A stretch of 64,000 nt of DNA, from the NCBI GenBank assembly GCA_963775425.1, contig CAVZJB010000005.1, positions 704,001 through 768,000 on the forward strand, written 5' to 3'. The notes below the pieces were generated by a model. The model worked only from the letters and a program-made list of their open reading frames with translations. It made no database searches and was not told where the DNA came from. Position numbers and translations under genes: made by a program. Origin of the DNA: an uncultured delta proteobacterium (GTDB lineage: Bacteria > Myxococcota > UBA727 > VGSZ01). Numbering within the stretch: position 1 is the first letter of the stretch; each line of letters starts with the position of its first letter. Below are positions 39,987 to 49,558 of this stretch, in pieces.

Positions 39987-41858
39987 CCACGCAAGCGGCG
40001 GTGCTCGCGTTCGCCGCCGTCGCGCTCGCGTCCGCCGCGGGGCACGCGGCGAGCACCGACCTGCTCCAGGTCGACGGCAACAACGACCTCCTCGGCGTCA
40101 ACGGCTTCAACCGCGCCGACTGCCTCGACAACGCCGACCACAACCTCGTGCTGCGCATCGTCGACCTGACGCAGCCCACCTACACCTTGAGCTTCTTCCA
40201 GTACCCGACGGACGGGCCGGGCGCGCCGTGCCCCACCGACCTCCTCGACCCGCTCATCGTGTCGCTCCTCCCCGAGCGCCAGATCGATCCCGTCGGCGGC
40301 GAGTTCGACATCGACGAGAACATCAGCACGGCGCACCTCCTCGGCATCGACGCCTGCGATCCCGCCAACGTCGACTTCACGGGCGTGCGCGCGAACACCT
40401 ATTTCTGTTACGCGCTCACCGTCTTCCCCGGCGACACCGAGGCGGTGTTCTCCGACGGCATCGGCTTCGACTACGACACCGAGCTCCCTCCGCTGCCCAC
40501 CGTCGCCAGCGTCACTCCCGCGGAGACCTCCCTCGAGATCACCGTCGACGAGCCGCCGGCCGGCAGCGGCGACGTCTTCACCTTCGTCGCCCAGTACCGC
40601 GTGTGCCCGACCTCGTCGGCAGGCGAGGGCGAGGGCGAGGGAGAAGGGGAAGGGCGAGGGCGAGGGCGAGGGCGAGGGCGAGGGCGACGGCGACGCGCTG
40701 TGCGGCGCCACCGGCGACTTCCACGAGGCGACCTCCGAAAACGACCCGGTCATCGACATCGGCTCTCTCCCCAAGGAGAGCGACGTCGAATTCCGCGTGC
40801 TGCTCGAGGACGACTTCGGCAACCGCGGGCCGGCCACGGAGCTGCAGATCGCCTCCACCATCCCCTCCGTCACCGCGCTCGACCTCTACGACGGCGGCGG
40901 CAGCGCCATCTCCTGCAGCCCCTCCTGCGACGACACGGCGTCGTCGACGTCGACGGCGTCGGGCCTCGCGGCGGTGCTGTTCTTCCTCTCGCGCCGCGGC
41001 CGCCGCCTCTTGCGCCGCGCGGGCCGGCTCGCCCGCCGCCGCATCACCGGCGAGACCGGCCGGGGGCCGCGGTCTGCGGGGCCGCCGGGAGCGCTCGTGC
41101 TGCTGCTCGTGGCGGGCGCCCTCGGGGCGGCCGCGCCGGCGCGCGCGGACCTCGGGCAGCTCACGGTGGGGATGGGCATCTCGCCGTACAAGCCCGCCAT
41201 CGACAGCGAGACGGTCGGCGGCAAGGCCATCTTCCCCATCTACCAGTGCATCTATGACGACAAGACGCTCACCGAGATCGGCGGCGAGGTGGACGAGCAC
41301 CTGCTCGATCAGTTCGGCAGCCTCCAGGTGTCCATCGGCTTGTCCGCCACGCAGGCGCAGGGGCACGCGCAGTCCACCGCCATCCTCACGACGCACAAGT
41401 GCGGCGCGCAGACCAAGACCGACGTACAGCTCACGATGGCCAAGCTCCGCCCCGGCATCACCTATCGCCTCGATCCGCTGCTCGACCTCTACGGCGTGCC
41501 CCTCGTGCCCTATGCGCGGCTCGGCCTCGTCGTCGAGGGCTACGCCTTCACCAGCGGTGGCGCGTTCGAGACGGGCAAGAGCGTGGACCCGGTGGGCGTC
41601 CGCTTTGGCTGGGAGGCCGCGGGCGGCCTGATGCTCGCCCTCGACTTCCTCGACTCGATCAATCCGTTCCTCCCCGACACCACGCGCCGCGGCCGGGCCA
41701 ACGGCACCTTCAATCACACGTTCCTCTTCGCGGAGGCGGCGTGGCAGCCGGTGGACTCGTTCGGCACCAAGGGCTTCGTGTTCTCGAACGACGACACCTT
41801 CATCGGTACGGGCCAGCCGATCCTGTGGACGCTCGGGATCGCCGTCGAGCTCTTGTGA
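39968..41858 (+). CDS. Frameshifted gene: Fn3-like surface protein with MYXO-CTERM-like anchor fused to an MXAN_2562-like outer-membrane beta-barrel (about 629 aa if the extra G at 40652-40654 is removed)
   Basis: GGAGG SD then GTG 39968 and signal peptide; frame breaks inside the GE repeat; the +1 frame is open from 40653 to 41858; barrel motifs PYKPAIDSE, PYARLGL, GL.LALDFLD, NHTFLFAE. Confidence 0.75.
40622..40688 (+). repeat. (Gly-Glu)n-coding GGNGAR repeat containing a 1-nt insertion
   Basis: ggc gag ggc gag ggc gag gga gaa ggg gaa G ggc gag x5 ggc gac. Confidence 0.92.
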
Positions 41859-42763
41859 CCCATCGGCGGCTGGGGATCGTCCTCGCGTCGCCGCTGCTCC
41901 TGGCGCTCGCGTTCTCCTGGGTGCGGCTCGCCGGCGCGCTCTTCGACGTGCCGAGCGACGAGGACTACGTCGTGGCGCGCAAGATCCTGGACGAAGCCGG
42001 CTTCGACCGGCAGCGCGACGCGCTCGTGATCCTCCCGCCCTGGTCCCTGCGCCCTCTCAAGACCGTCGGGGACCTCGATCCCATCTCCGGCGACGACATC
42101 GCCCACCGTCCGCTCCACCGCTACGCGCGCCTGTGGGCGCTGGTGGAGCCCGGGGCCGAGCGCGATCACCGGACGCTCGTCGAGCGGCGGGGGGCGCCGG
42201 CGTTTTCGCGCAAGGCCGGCCGCGTCACGGTGGAGCGCTTCGACCTGCCGGCGCCGTCGGTGGTCTACGACCTGCGCGAGCACATCGGGGACGCGTCGGT
42301 GCGCATCGTCGACGACAGCGACGTCGCCGAACCGTGCACCATCCCCATCGACGGTGGCGTGTCGTGCGGGCGTGAGCCGTGGCAGCGCGTGAACCGCGCG
42401 TGGCTCCTCGTGAGCGAGAACGCCGACGACGCCGTCTGGTCGCACCCGCCGCCGCGGGGAAAGCGCCTCGAGATCTCCTGGAAGGACGTGCCCATCGGCA
42501 GCGCGGTCGTGGTGCAGGCGGGCTTCCTCCGCGAGGGCGCCGACGCGGCCAAGGCGGCGGTGCGCCTGCGGGTGCTGGTCGACGGCGAGGTCGCGGGCAC
42601 GGTGATCAGGAAGCCCGAGGCGCTCGGCGGAACGTTCTCGTTCTACGCCGACGTCGTCAGCACGGCGCAGTTCCAGGGGAGGACCGCCACGCTCACCTTC
42701 GTCGTCGACACCGACGACAACGCCAGCGCCCACTTCGCCTGGGACGCCACGGTGGTCCGATGA
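41855..42763 (+). CDS. Hypothetical membrane-anchored periplasmic protein
   Basis: GTGA/ATGA coupling on both sides; N-terminal TM; beta-rich C-domain. Confidence 0.78.
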   Translation: MTHRRLGIVLASPLLLALAFSWVRLAGALFDVPSDEDYVVARKILDEAGFDRQRDALVILPPWSLRPLKTVGDLDPISGDDIAHRPLHRYARLWALVEPGAERDHRTLVERRGAPAFSRKAGRVTVERFDLPAPSVVYDLREHIGDASVRIVDDSDVAEPCTIPIDGGVSCGREPWQRVNRAWLLVSENADDAVWSHPPPRGKRLEISWKDVPIGSAVVVQAGFLREGADAAKAAVRLRVLVDGEVAGTVIRKPEALGGTFSFYADVVSTAQFQGRTATLTFVVDTDDNASAHFAWDATVVR

Positions 42764-44424
42764 ACGCGGGCGTGGCGCGGCGGCTCGTCCGCCCCGCGGG
42801 GCCACCGCGCGCCGACGTCGTCGTGGCGCTCTCGCTCGGGGTGGCGACCACCGTCCTCGTCGGGGTCACCGCGCAGAGCCTGGGGTTCACGCGCGACGAG
42901 GGCTACTACTTCAAGGCCGCCGAGCTGTACTGGGGCTGGTTCCGCGAGCTGTTCACGCACCCGTCGCTCGCGCTGACGGCGGCGGGCATCGACCAGCACT
43001 GGTCGTACAACCACGAGCACCCCGCGCTGTTGAAGACGCTCTTCGCGCTCTCGTACGGCGCACGCGAGGTGCTCGGCTTGCCGGTGCAGGTGCACAACGC
43101 GCTGCGGTTCCCCGCCTGGTGCGTGGCCGGCTTCACCACCGTCCTCGTCTACGCGTTCGCGCGCTCGCTGCTCCCGCGGCGCGCCGCCGTCATCGCTGCG
43201 CTCATGTGGGTCGCGATGCCGCGCGTCTTCTGGCACATGCACCTGTCGTGCTTCGACGTCGGCGTCGCCGGCGCGCACGTCGCGCTCGTGCTCGCCTACT
43301 GGCGGTGGCGAAGGACGGTGCGCGGCGCGCTCGCCGTCGGCGTCGTCTTCGGCCTGTGCGCGGCCGTGAAGCACAACGTGCTGCCGGTGCCGGCCATCCT
43401 CGTGCTCCACTGGGTCCTCGTCGAGGCCAAGGGGTCGCGGCGCATCCCGCTCGCGTTCTTCTCGATGGCGTTCGTGGGGCCCCTCGTCTACCTCGCGCAC
43501 TGGCCGTGGCTGTGGCCGCATCCCCTCGAGCGGTTCGGCGCGTACGTCGCCTACCACCTGAGCCACGAGAACTACCCGATCCTCTACTTCGGCGATCTCC
43601 TCACGCACCCGCCGTTCCCCTTCGCGTTCCCGTTCGTGATGTCGGCGGTGACCATCCCCGTGCCCATCCTGTGCGCGCTGGTCCTCGGCTTCTGCCTCGC
43701 GGTCGCCGTCGTCGTGCGCCTCGCCGTGCGGCGCATGAGCCGCGGCGCCACCAAGGGGGAGGCCGAGCTGACCATGGTCCCGCTCGGCGACGTCTCGCGG
43801 GACCCGTCCGCCTCCGCAGCGCTCATGCTGCTCCTGAACGCGCTGTACCCCTTTGTGCTCATCGCGCTGCCCACCACACCCATCTTCGGCGGCACCAAGC
43901 ACTGGATGAACGGGCTCCCGTTCCTCTGCATCCTCGGGGCGTGGGCCCTCGAGGAGGCCGCGCGGCGGCTCGAGGTGAGGCGCGCGTTCGCCGCGCTCGC
44001 CGTCTTTGTGGTGCTGCCCGGCGTCATCATCAGCGCGCGCACGTGGCCCTACGGGCTCGGGGCGTACAACGAGCTCATCGGCTTCGCCCGCGGGGCCGCC
44101 ACCGTCGGGATGCAGCGCACGTTCTGGGGGTACGAGCCCATGGCCGCGCTCCCGTTCATCAACGACAAGACGCCGCGCGGGGGCCGCATCCACTTCGGCG
44201 ACACCAACCACGACGACTGGCGCATGTACCGCCGCGACCATCTCTTGCGGGAGGACATCGACTTTTCGGGGACGGTGCGGGGCGCCGCGGTGGCCTCGGT
44301 GCAGCCGCAGGGAGAGTTCAAAGAGCAGTGGATGGACGTGTGGAACGAGTGGAAGGATCGGACGCCCGACGTGGTGCTCGGACCGGAGGGCGTCCCCTTC
44401 TTGACGGTTACGCTGCATGAGTGA
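42760..44424 (+). CDS. GT-C fold glycosyltransferase (GT39/PMT/ArnT-like)
   Basis: TRDEGYY acidic motif after TM1, EHP.L.K, about 11 TM helices, C-terminal periplasmic domain. Confidence 0.85.
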   Translation: MNAGVARRLVRPAGPPRADVVVALSLGVATTVLVGVTAQSLGFTRDEGYYFKAAELYWGWFRELFTHPSLALTAAGIDQHWSYNHEHPALLKTLFALSYGAREVLGLPVQVHNALRFPAWCVAGFTTVLVYAFARSLLPRRAAVIAALMWVAMPRVFWHMHLSCFDVGVAGAHVALVLAYWRWRRTVRGALAVGVVFGLCAAVKHNVLPVPAILVLHWVLVEAKGSRRIPLAFFSMAFVGPLVYLAHWPWLWPHPLERFGAYVAYHLSHENYPILYFGDLLTHPPFPFAFPFVMSAVTIPVPILCALVLGFCLAVAVVVRLAVRRMSRGATKGEAELTMVPLGDVSRDPSASAALMLLLNALYPFVLIALPTTPIFGGTKHWMNGLPFLCILGAWALEEAARRLEVRRAFAALAVFVVLPGVIISARTWPYGLGAYNELIGFARGAATVGMQRTFWGYEPMAALPFINDKTPRGGRIHFGDTNHDDWRMYRRDHLLREDIDFSGTVRGAAVASVQPQGEFKEQWMDVWNEWKDRTPDVVLGPEGVPFLTVTLHE

Positions 44425-46894
44425 CGACGTCCTGCCGGAGCCGCTGGAGAGCGAGGTGCGGACGCTGCTGCGACGCGGGGAGCACGCCGCCGCCGCCGCC
44501 GCGCTGTGGGCCCACGGCTACCCGCGACGCGCCGGGGCGATCTACGAGCACATCTTCGAGCACAAAAAGGCCCTCAACGCCTACGAGGCCGGCGGCGACA
44601 TCGTCGGCGCCGTCCGCGCGGCGCTCGAGCTCGGCGACGTCACCGCGCTCGATCGGCTCGTGACGCTCGCGATCGCGTCGGGGCAGGGCGACGCGCTCAT
44701 CGCATCCCTGCAGCGCGCCGGGCGCGACGCCGAGGTCGCGCGGGTGCACATCGCGCGCGGTGACCCGCTCGCGGCGGCGGAGCTCTTCGAGAAGGCCGGC
44801 CAGCTCGACCGCGCCGCCGAGTGCCTCGAGGAGGCGGGCAAGGCGCGCGAGGCGGGCGTGCTCCTGGAGCGCCACCTGGAGACGCACCCCGGAGACATCG
44901 AGGCCGGGCTGCTCCTCGGCCGCGTCGTGGCCCGCTTCGGCCGCCACGACGACGCCATCGCCATCCTCCAGCGCGCGGTGTCGTCGTCACCGGAGCCCGA
45001 CGTCACCCTCGCGCGGGCGGCGCCCACGCTCATGGTCTCGTTCGTCCAGCTCGGCTACGAGGAGGCCGCGCGGACCGTGCTGCAGCGCTGGCAGGGCGCG
45101 TGGGGGCGCTTGCAGCAGGCCGAGCGCACGGCGCCCGCCGACGTCGTCGACGCCCCGCCGGAGAGCTTCGACCTGTTCCTGCGCTCGGAGCGGGCGGCGG
45201 CCCTCGCCGCCATCCAGACCGGCACCCCGGGGGTCGGCTTCGATTCGAAAGATGCACAAGCGTCGCAGGCAGACCTCGACGCCCTCTTCGGCACGGCTGG
45301 GCCCGGCGCCGGCGCCGGCCCCGAAGCCGGGCGCGAGCCGGGCGCCGCCGCGGCGGGTCAGGACACGCTGCTCCTCGCGGGCCGCTACCTCCTCGGCGAG
45401 CCCCTGGGCGGCGGCGGCGTCGGGCAGGTGTTTCGCGCGTTCGACGCCTTCGGCGACCGCCCTGTCGCCGTGAAGATCTTCGGCGCGCAGGTGTTGTCGT
45501 CGGAGGCGGTGCAACATTACGCCCGCGAGGCGCGCGCCTTCGCCAGCCTTCGCCACCCGGCCATCACGCCGCTCGTCGAGCTCAACATGGCGCAGGGGTT
45601 CGTGGTCACCGAGCTGGTGAACGCGCCCACCGTCGAGGAGCGCCTGCGCCAGGGCGGCGACGGCGGCTGGCTGATGCCGGCCGCGCGCGCGCTGCTCGAT
45701 CTCCTGGCGAGCTGCCACCGCACCGGCCTCGTCCACGGCGGGCTCAAGCCCACCAACGTGTTCCTGATGCCCGCGGGCGTGCGCGTCGTCGACGTCGGCG
45801 CCCATCGATTGCTTGCTTTGAGAAGTACCGAAACCGGAGGGCTCTCGTCGGTGTGGCCCTACCTCGCGCCCGAGCAGCTCTTCGGCGCGCCCGCCGCCGC
45901 CGCCGGCGACCTCTACGCCGTGGGCGCCATCCTCTACCGCGCGCTCACCGGGCGGCCGCCCTTCGCCCGCGCCGAGGACGATCGGCGCGAGCCCCCGCCG
46001 CGCGCGTCCACCGTGAACCCCGCGCTGCCGCCGGCGTGGGACGCGTTCCTCGAGCGCGCGCTCGAGCCCGACGCCGCCAAGCGCTTCGTCGACGCCGCCG
46101 AGATGGACGCGGCGCTGCCGCCGCTGCCGGCCGGCTTCGCGCTGCCCGCGGCCGCGTCGCTCGGCGGCGATGCCGTGGGCGGCCAGGTGGTCGGCGCGTC
46201 GTCGCGCTACGCCAAGGGCGCGCTGGTGTTTCGCGAAGGGAAGAGCGTGCGCGTGTACGAGGGCACCGACCTCCTGCTCGAGCGCGCCGTGTGGCTCGTC
46301 GAGGCCGACGACTTCGAGGCGTTGGGCTCGCTCGTGGTCTGTGCGCGGCTGTGGCGCGGCGTTCAGCCGGTGTACGACGTCATCCCCGAGAAGAACCGCG
46401 TGGTCGTCGCCCGCGACCGCGGCGGCCGCCGCGCGGACCTCGAGGCGCTGCGCGCGGTGCCGCAGGGCTTGATGCGCGACCTCAACGGCGTGGCGCACGC
46501 GCTCGAGTGGTTCCACGAGCAGAGCCTGTGCTTCGGCGGCTTCCCCATCGAGCGCGCGCTCGGCCCCATCGGCCCGCGCCTGGCGCTGGCGCCGGCGCAC
46601 CTGCCGCACGCCGCCACCGAGGAGGGCAAGCAGGCGGACTGGGACGCCTTCGGCGCGCTCGTCGACACCGCCCTCGACCTCGCCCCCGACCCCACGCTCG
46701 ACGGCCGCGGGCGCGTGCTCGCCATGCTCCACGATCGCCGCCTGCTCGATCGCACCGACCTCGAGTCCCTCGGCGCCGAGGCGCAGTCGTTGACCAAGTG
46801 GCCGGCGTTCCTCGACGCCACCACCCAGCGCCTGGTGCAGGGCGCCTCGGCCCGCGTGGTCGCTCGCCTCGTGGCCAACGTGCTGCGCGGGTGA
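44417..46894 (+). CDS. TPR plus Ser/Thr kinase-like protein, probable pseudokinase
   Basis: N-terminal TPR-like helices; LGGGGVGQVF, VAVK, HGGLKPTN, DVG, YLAPE, DLYAVG; second degenerate kinase-like region. Confidence 0.85.
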   Translation: MSDDVLPEPLESEVRTLLRRGEHAAAAAALWAHGYPRRAGAIYEHIFEHKKALNAYEAGGDIVGAVRAALELGDVTALDRLVTLAIASGQGDALIASLQRAGRDAEVARVHIARGDPLAAAELFEKAGQLDRAAECLEEAGKAREAGVLLERHLETHPGDIEAGLLLGRVVARFGRHDDAIAILQRAVSSSPEPDVTLARAAPTLMVSFVQLGYEEAARTVLQRWQGAWGRLQQAERTAPADVVDAPPESFDLFLRSERAAALAAIQTGTPGVGFDSKDAQASQADLDALFGTAGPGAGAGPEAGREPGAAAAGQDTLLLAGRYLLGEPLGGGGVGQVFRAFDAFGDRPVAVKIFGAQVLSSEAVQHYAREARAFASLRHPAITPLVELNMAQGFVVTELVNAPTVEERLRQGGDGGWLMPAARALLDLLASCHRTGLVHGGLKPTNVFLMPAGVRVVDVGAHRLLALRSTETGGLSSVWPYLAPEQLFGAPAAAAGDLYAVGAILYRALTGRPPFARAEDDRREPPPRASTVNPALPPAWDAFLERALEPDAAKRFVDAAEMDAALPPLPAGFALPAAASLGGDAVGGQVVGASSRYAKGALVFREGKSVRVYEGTDLLLERAVWLVEADDFEALGSLVVCARLWRGVQPVYDVIPEKNRVVVARDRGGRRADLEALRAVPQGLMRDLNGVAHALEWFHEQSLCFGGFPIERALGPIGPRLALAPAHLPHAATEEGKQADWDAFGALVDTALDLAPDPTLDGRGRVLAMLHDRRLLDRTDLESLGAEAQSLTKWPAFLDATTQRLVQGASARVVARLVANVLRG

Positions 46895-46969
46895 GCGCCG
46901 CGGGGCGCGTGGATCGCACGCGCCGGCGCCCGCGGCGGTTCGTACACGCTCTCCCCGGGGGACGTGGCC

Positions 46970-47686
46970 ATGACGCAAGCTCGCAGCCTCGCCGGCGGCA
47001 TCATCGGGGTGGTCGGCGCCGTCGCGTTCATCGCGCTGGCGCTCGGGGCGTCGGTCCCGGCCCCGGCGTCGCATCGCGGCCCGTCGGCCGCGGCGGGGCA
47101 GGGCTCGCCGGCGACGGCGACGTCGACGTCGACGCAGGCGGCGCGCGCGATGCGCGTCGCGCGCGGCGACTACCTGGCGACGACGATGGGCTGCAAGGAC
47201 TGCCACACGCCGGGCTACTTCTACGGGGCCAGCGATCGCACGCGCGAGCTGTCGGGCAGCGAGCTCGGCTGGAGCGGGCCGTGGGGGACGAGCTACCCCT
47301 CGAACCTCACGCCCGACATCCAGACCGGCCTCGGGAGCTGGAGCGACGCCGACATCGTGCGCGCCATCCGGACCGGCATCCGCCCCGACAGGACGGTGCT
47401 GCGCCCGCCGATGCCGTGGCCGAATTTCGCCGTGCTCACCGACGACGACGTCAACGCCATCGTCGCCTACCTCCGCACGCTCAAGCCCATCCGGCACCAG
47501 GAGCTGCCGGCGTTGCCGCCGAGCGTGGAGCCGCGGGGGCCGGCGTTCACGCTGCCGCCGCCGCCGCCGTGGGACGCCCCGCGCGCCGCCACCGGCACCG
47601 GCAGCGGCGCCGCCAATCCCGCCGACCGCGCCGGCGCCGCCGCCGTCGCCCCGAAGAAGGCGCCGCCGCACCGTGCGCGCCGGTGA
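46970..47686 (+). CDS. Monoheme c-type cytochrome
   Basis: RG.YL...GCKDCHTP, SNLTPD..TGLG.WS, PPMPW, DV.AIVAYLRTL; N-terminal TM. Confidence 0.9.
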   Translation: MTQARSLAGGIIGVVGAVAFIALALGASVPAPASHRGPSAAAGQGSPATATSTSTQAARAMRVARGDYLATTMGCKDCHTPGYFYGASDRTRELSGSELGWSGPWGTSYPSNLTPDIQTGLGSWSDADIVRAIRTGIRPDRTVLRPPMPWPNFAVLTDDDVNAIVAYLRTLKPIRHQELPALPPSVEPRGPAFTLPPPPPWDAPRAATGTGSGAANPADRAGAAAVAPKKAPPHRARR

Positions 47687-47753
47687 CGACGTCGACGAGC
47701 GGCGCACGATCGGTGGGAATGCGCTCCCTGCGCCGAGCGCTGCACGGGGTCGA

Positions 47754-48389
47754 ATGCGGCTCACCGTCGTCGCCGGAAGCGCGGTCGCGCTGCTGCTCCT
47801 CGCGGGGCGCATCGCCTGGACCGGCTCGACGCTGTTCTCGTTCCTCGCGTGGAACCTCGCCCTCGCGTGGCTGCCGCTGTTGACGTCGACGGCGCTGTCG
47901 CGTTGGGCGCCGCGGGGGAAGGCGGGCGCGCCGGTGCTCGTGGCGGCCGCCGTGGTGTGGCTGCTGTTGTTCCCGAACGCGCCCTACGTCGTGACCGACT
48001 TCATGCACCTGCACCAGCACGCCAAGGTGCCGCTGTGGTTCGACCTCGCGATGCTGTTCGCGTTCGCGTGGGCGGCGGGCGCGTGCGGCCTGGTGTCGCT
48101 CCGCCAGATGCACGGCCTCGTGCGCGCGCGCGCCGGCGAGCTCGCCGGCGTCGCCTTCGTCGGCGCCACGGCGCTGTTGACGGGCTTCGGCATCTACCTC
48201 GGCCGCTTCGATCGCTGGAACAGTTGGGACGTTGTGACGCGCCCGCGGGCGCTGTTCGGCGGCGTCGTCGAGATCCTCGTCGATCCCGTGCACCACGCGC
48301 GCGCATACGGCGTCACCGCCGTGTTCGCCGCGCTGCTGCTCGTCGCCTACGCCGCCGCCGCGCCGCCGGCGCCGCGCTCGAAGGGCTGA
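47754..48389 (+). CDS. DUF1361-family membrane protein
   Basis: FLAWNL.LAWLP, WLLLFPNAPYVVTDF.HL, GIYLGRF.RWNSWD. Confidence 0.9.
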   Translation: MRLTVVAGSAVALLLLAGRIAWTGSTLFSFLAWNLALAWLPLLTSTALSRWAPRGKAGAPVLVAAAVVWLLLFPNAPYVVTDFMHLHQHAKVPLWFDLAMLFAFAWAAGACGLVSLRQMHGLVRARAGELAGVAFVGATALLTGFGIYLGRFDRWNSWDVVTRPRALFGGVVEILVDPVHHARAYGVTAVFAALLLVAYAAAAPPAPRSKG

Positions 48390-48641
48390 CGCGGGGGGCG
48401 CGGTGGAGGGCTTCGGGCTTTTGCGCGCCGGTGGATCGCGGGGCGCCTCCGGGCCTGGAAGATCCGCTCATCGTGCTCGCCGTCCTTCGGTGCTCGCCGG
48501 CGCGTGTCGCCGGTCCGTCGCGTATCGGCCGGCGGCGGGAGCGGTTGCGCCGACGCGATCATGGCGCCGCTGTAGGTGTGACGCGCTTCAGCGGCGGACG
48601 CACGTCGACGGCGTGCCCAACCCGTCGTTCAGGCACCCCTC

Positions 48642-49445
48642 GGGCGCTACATCACCCTGCAAAACGCGCCCGACGCCGGCGGCCACGGTGACTTCATCCC
48701 GTTCTTCCTCGACGACATCGCCGCGGAGGAGCAGGCGCAGGGCAGGCGCCTCGTCGACGTCCTCGACCTGCATTGGTACCCCGAGGCCGTCGGCGACGGC
48801 GTCCGCATCAGCGACGTCGAAGACGCCACGGCGGCCGCCGCGCGTGTCCAGGCGCCGCGCTCGCTGTGGGACCCGAGCTACGCCGAGGACAGTTGGATCG
48901 TGAACGACTACCTCGGCGGCCCCATCGACCTGCTGCCCACGCTCTTCGCGCTCATCGACGAGCACGACCCGGGCGTGAAGCTCTCCTTCTCCGAGTGGAA
49001 CTACGGCGGCGGCGACGACGTCTCCGGCGCCCTCGCCGCCGCCGACGTCCTCGGCGTCTTCGGGCGCGAAGGCGTGTTCGCCGCCACCTTCTTCCCCCTG
49101 CGCGGCGGCGAGCCCTTCAGCCACGCCGGCATCCGCGTGTTCACCAACTACGACGGCGCCGGCGCGTCCTTCGGCGCCACCTCGGTGCAGGCCGACACCA
49201 GCGACCTCGAGCGCGTCACGGTCTACGCCTCCGACGACCCGCTCGTCATCGTCGCCGTCAACAAGTCCGCGTCCGCGTTGACCGCCGGCCTCACCGTGGC
49301 CGGGCCGCCGCTCGCGACGCTGCGCCGCTTCGTCCTCGACGGCGCCGCGCCCGCCATCGGCGCCGGCGACGCGGTCCAGGCGGCGGCGACGAACGCGTTC
49401 CTCGTGACGCTGCCGGCGTCGTCGGTGACCGTCTTCGCCCCGTAG
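48642..49445 (+). pseudogene. 5'-truncated glycoside hydrolase family 44 (endoglucanase/xyloglucanase) fragment
   Basis: LQNAPD, GRRLVDVLDLHWYPEA, RVQAPRSLWDPSYAEDSWI, KLSFSEWNYGG, ADVLGVFGREG; in-frame stops at 48573 and 48579 and no start codon before the homology begins. Confidence 0.82.
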
Positions 49446-49558
49446 CCTGGTCGTGATCGGGATGTGAATCCTCCGTTCCCGGATCGGTGTGCGCTCGATC
49501 GCGCCACGGTCCTCCGGGTGGCTGCGTAATCACGCCACCACCTGCAAGGAGGACCGTG

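Noticed and set aside
40640-40660. Programmed ribosomal frameshift at the GE-repeat break
   Set aside because: A +1 shift would be needed, and I saw no recognised +1 signal or stimulatory element; an indel is simpler
49495-49530. GATCGC...GCGTAAT upstream of the collagen lipoprotein as a third ECF-motif site
   Set aside because: Spacer is 21 nt rather than 15; the similar site before 46964 also has wrong spacing
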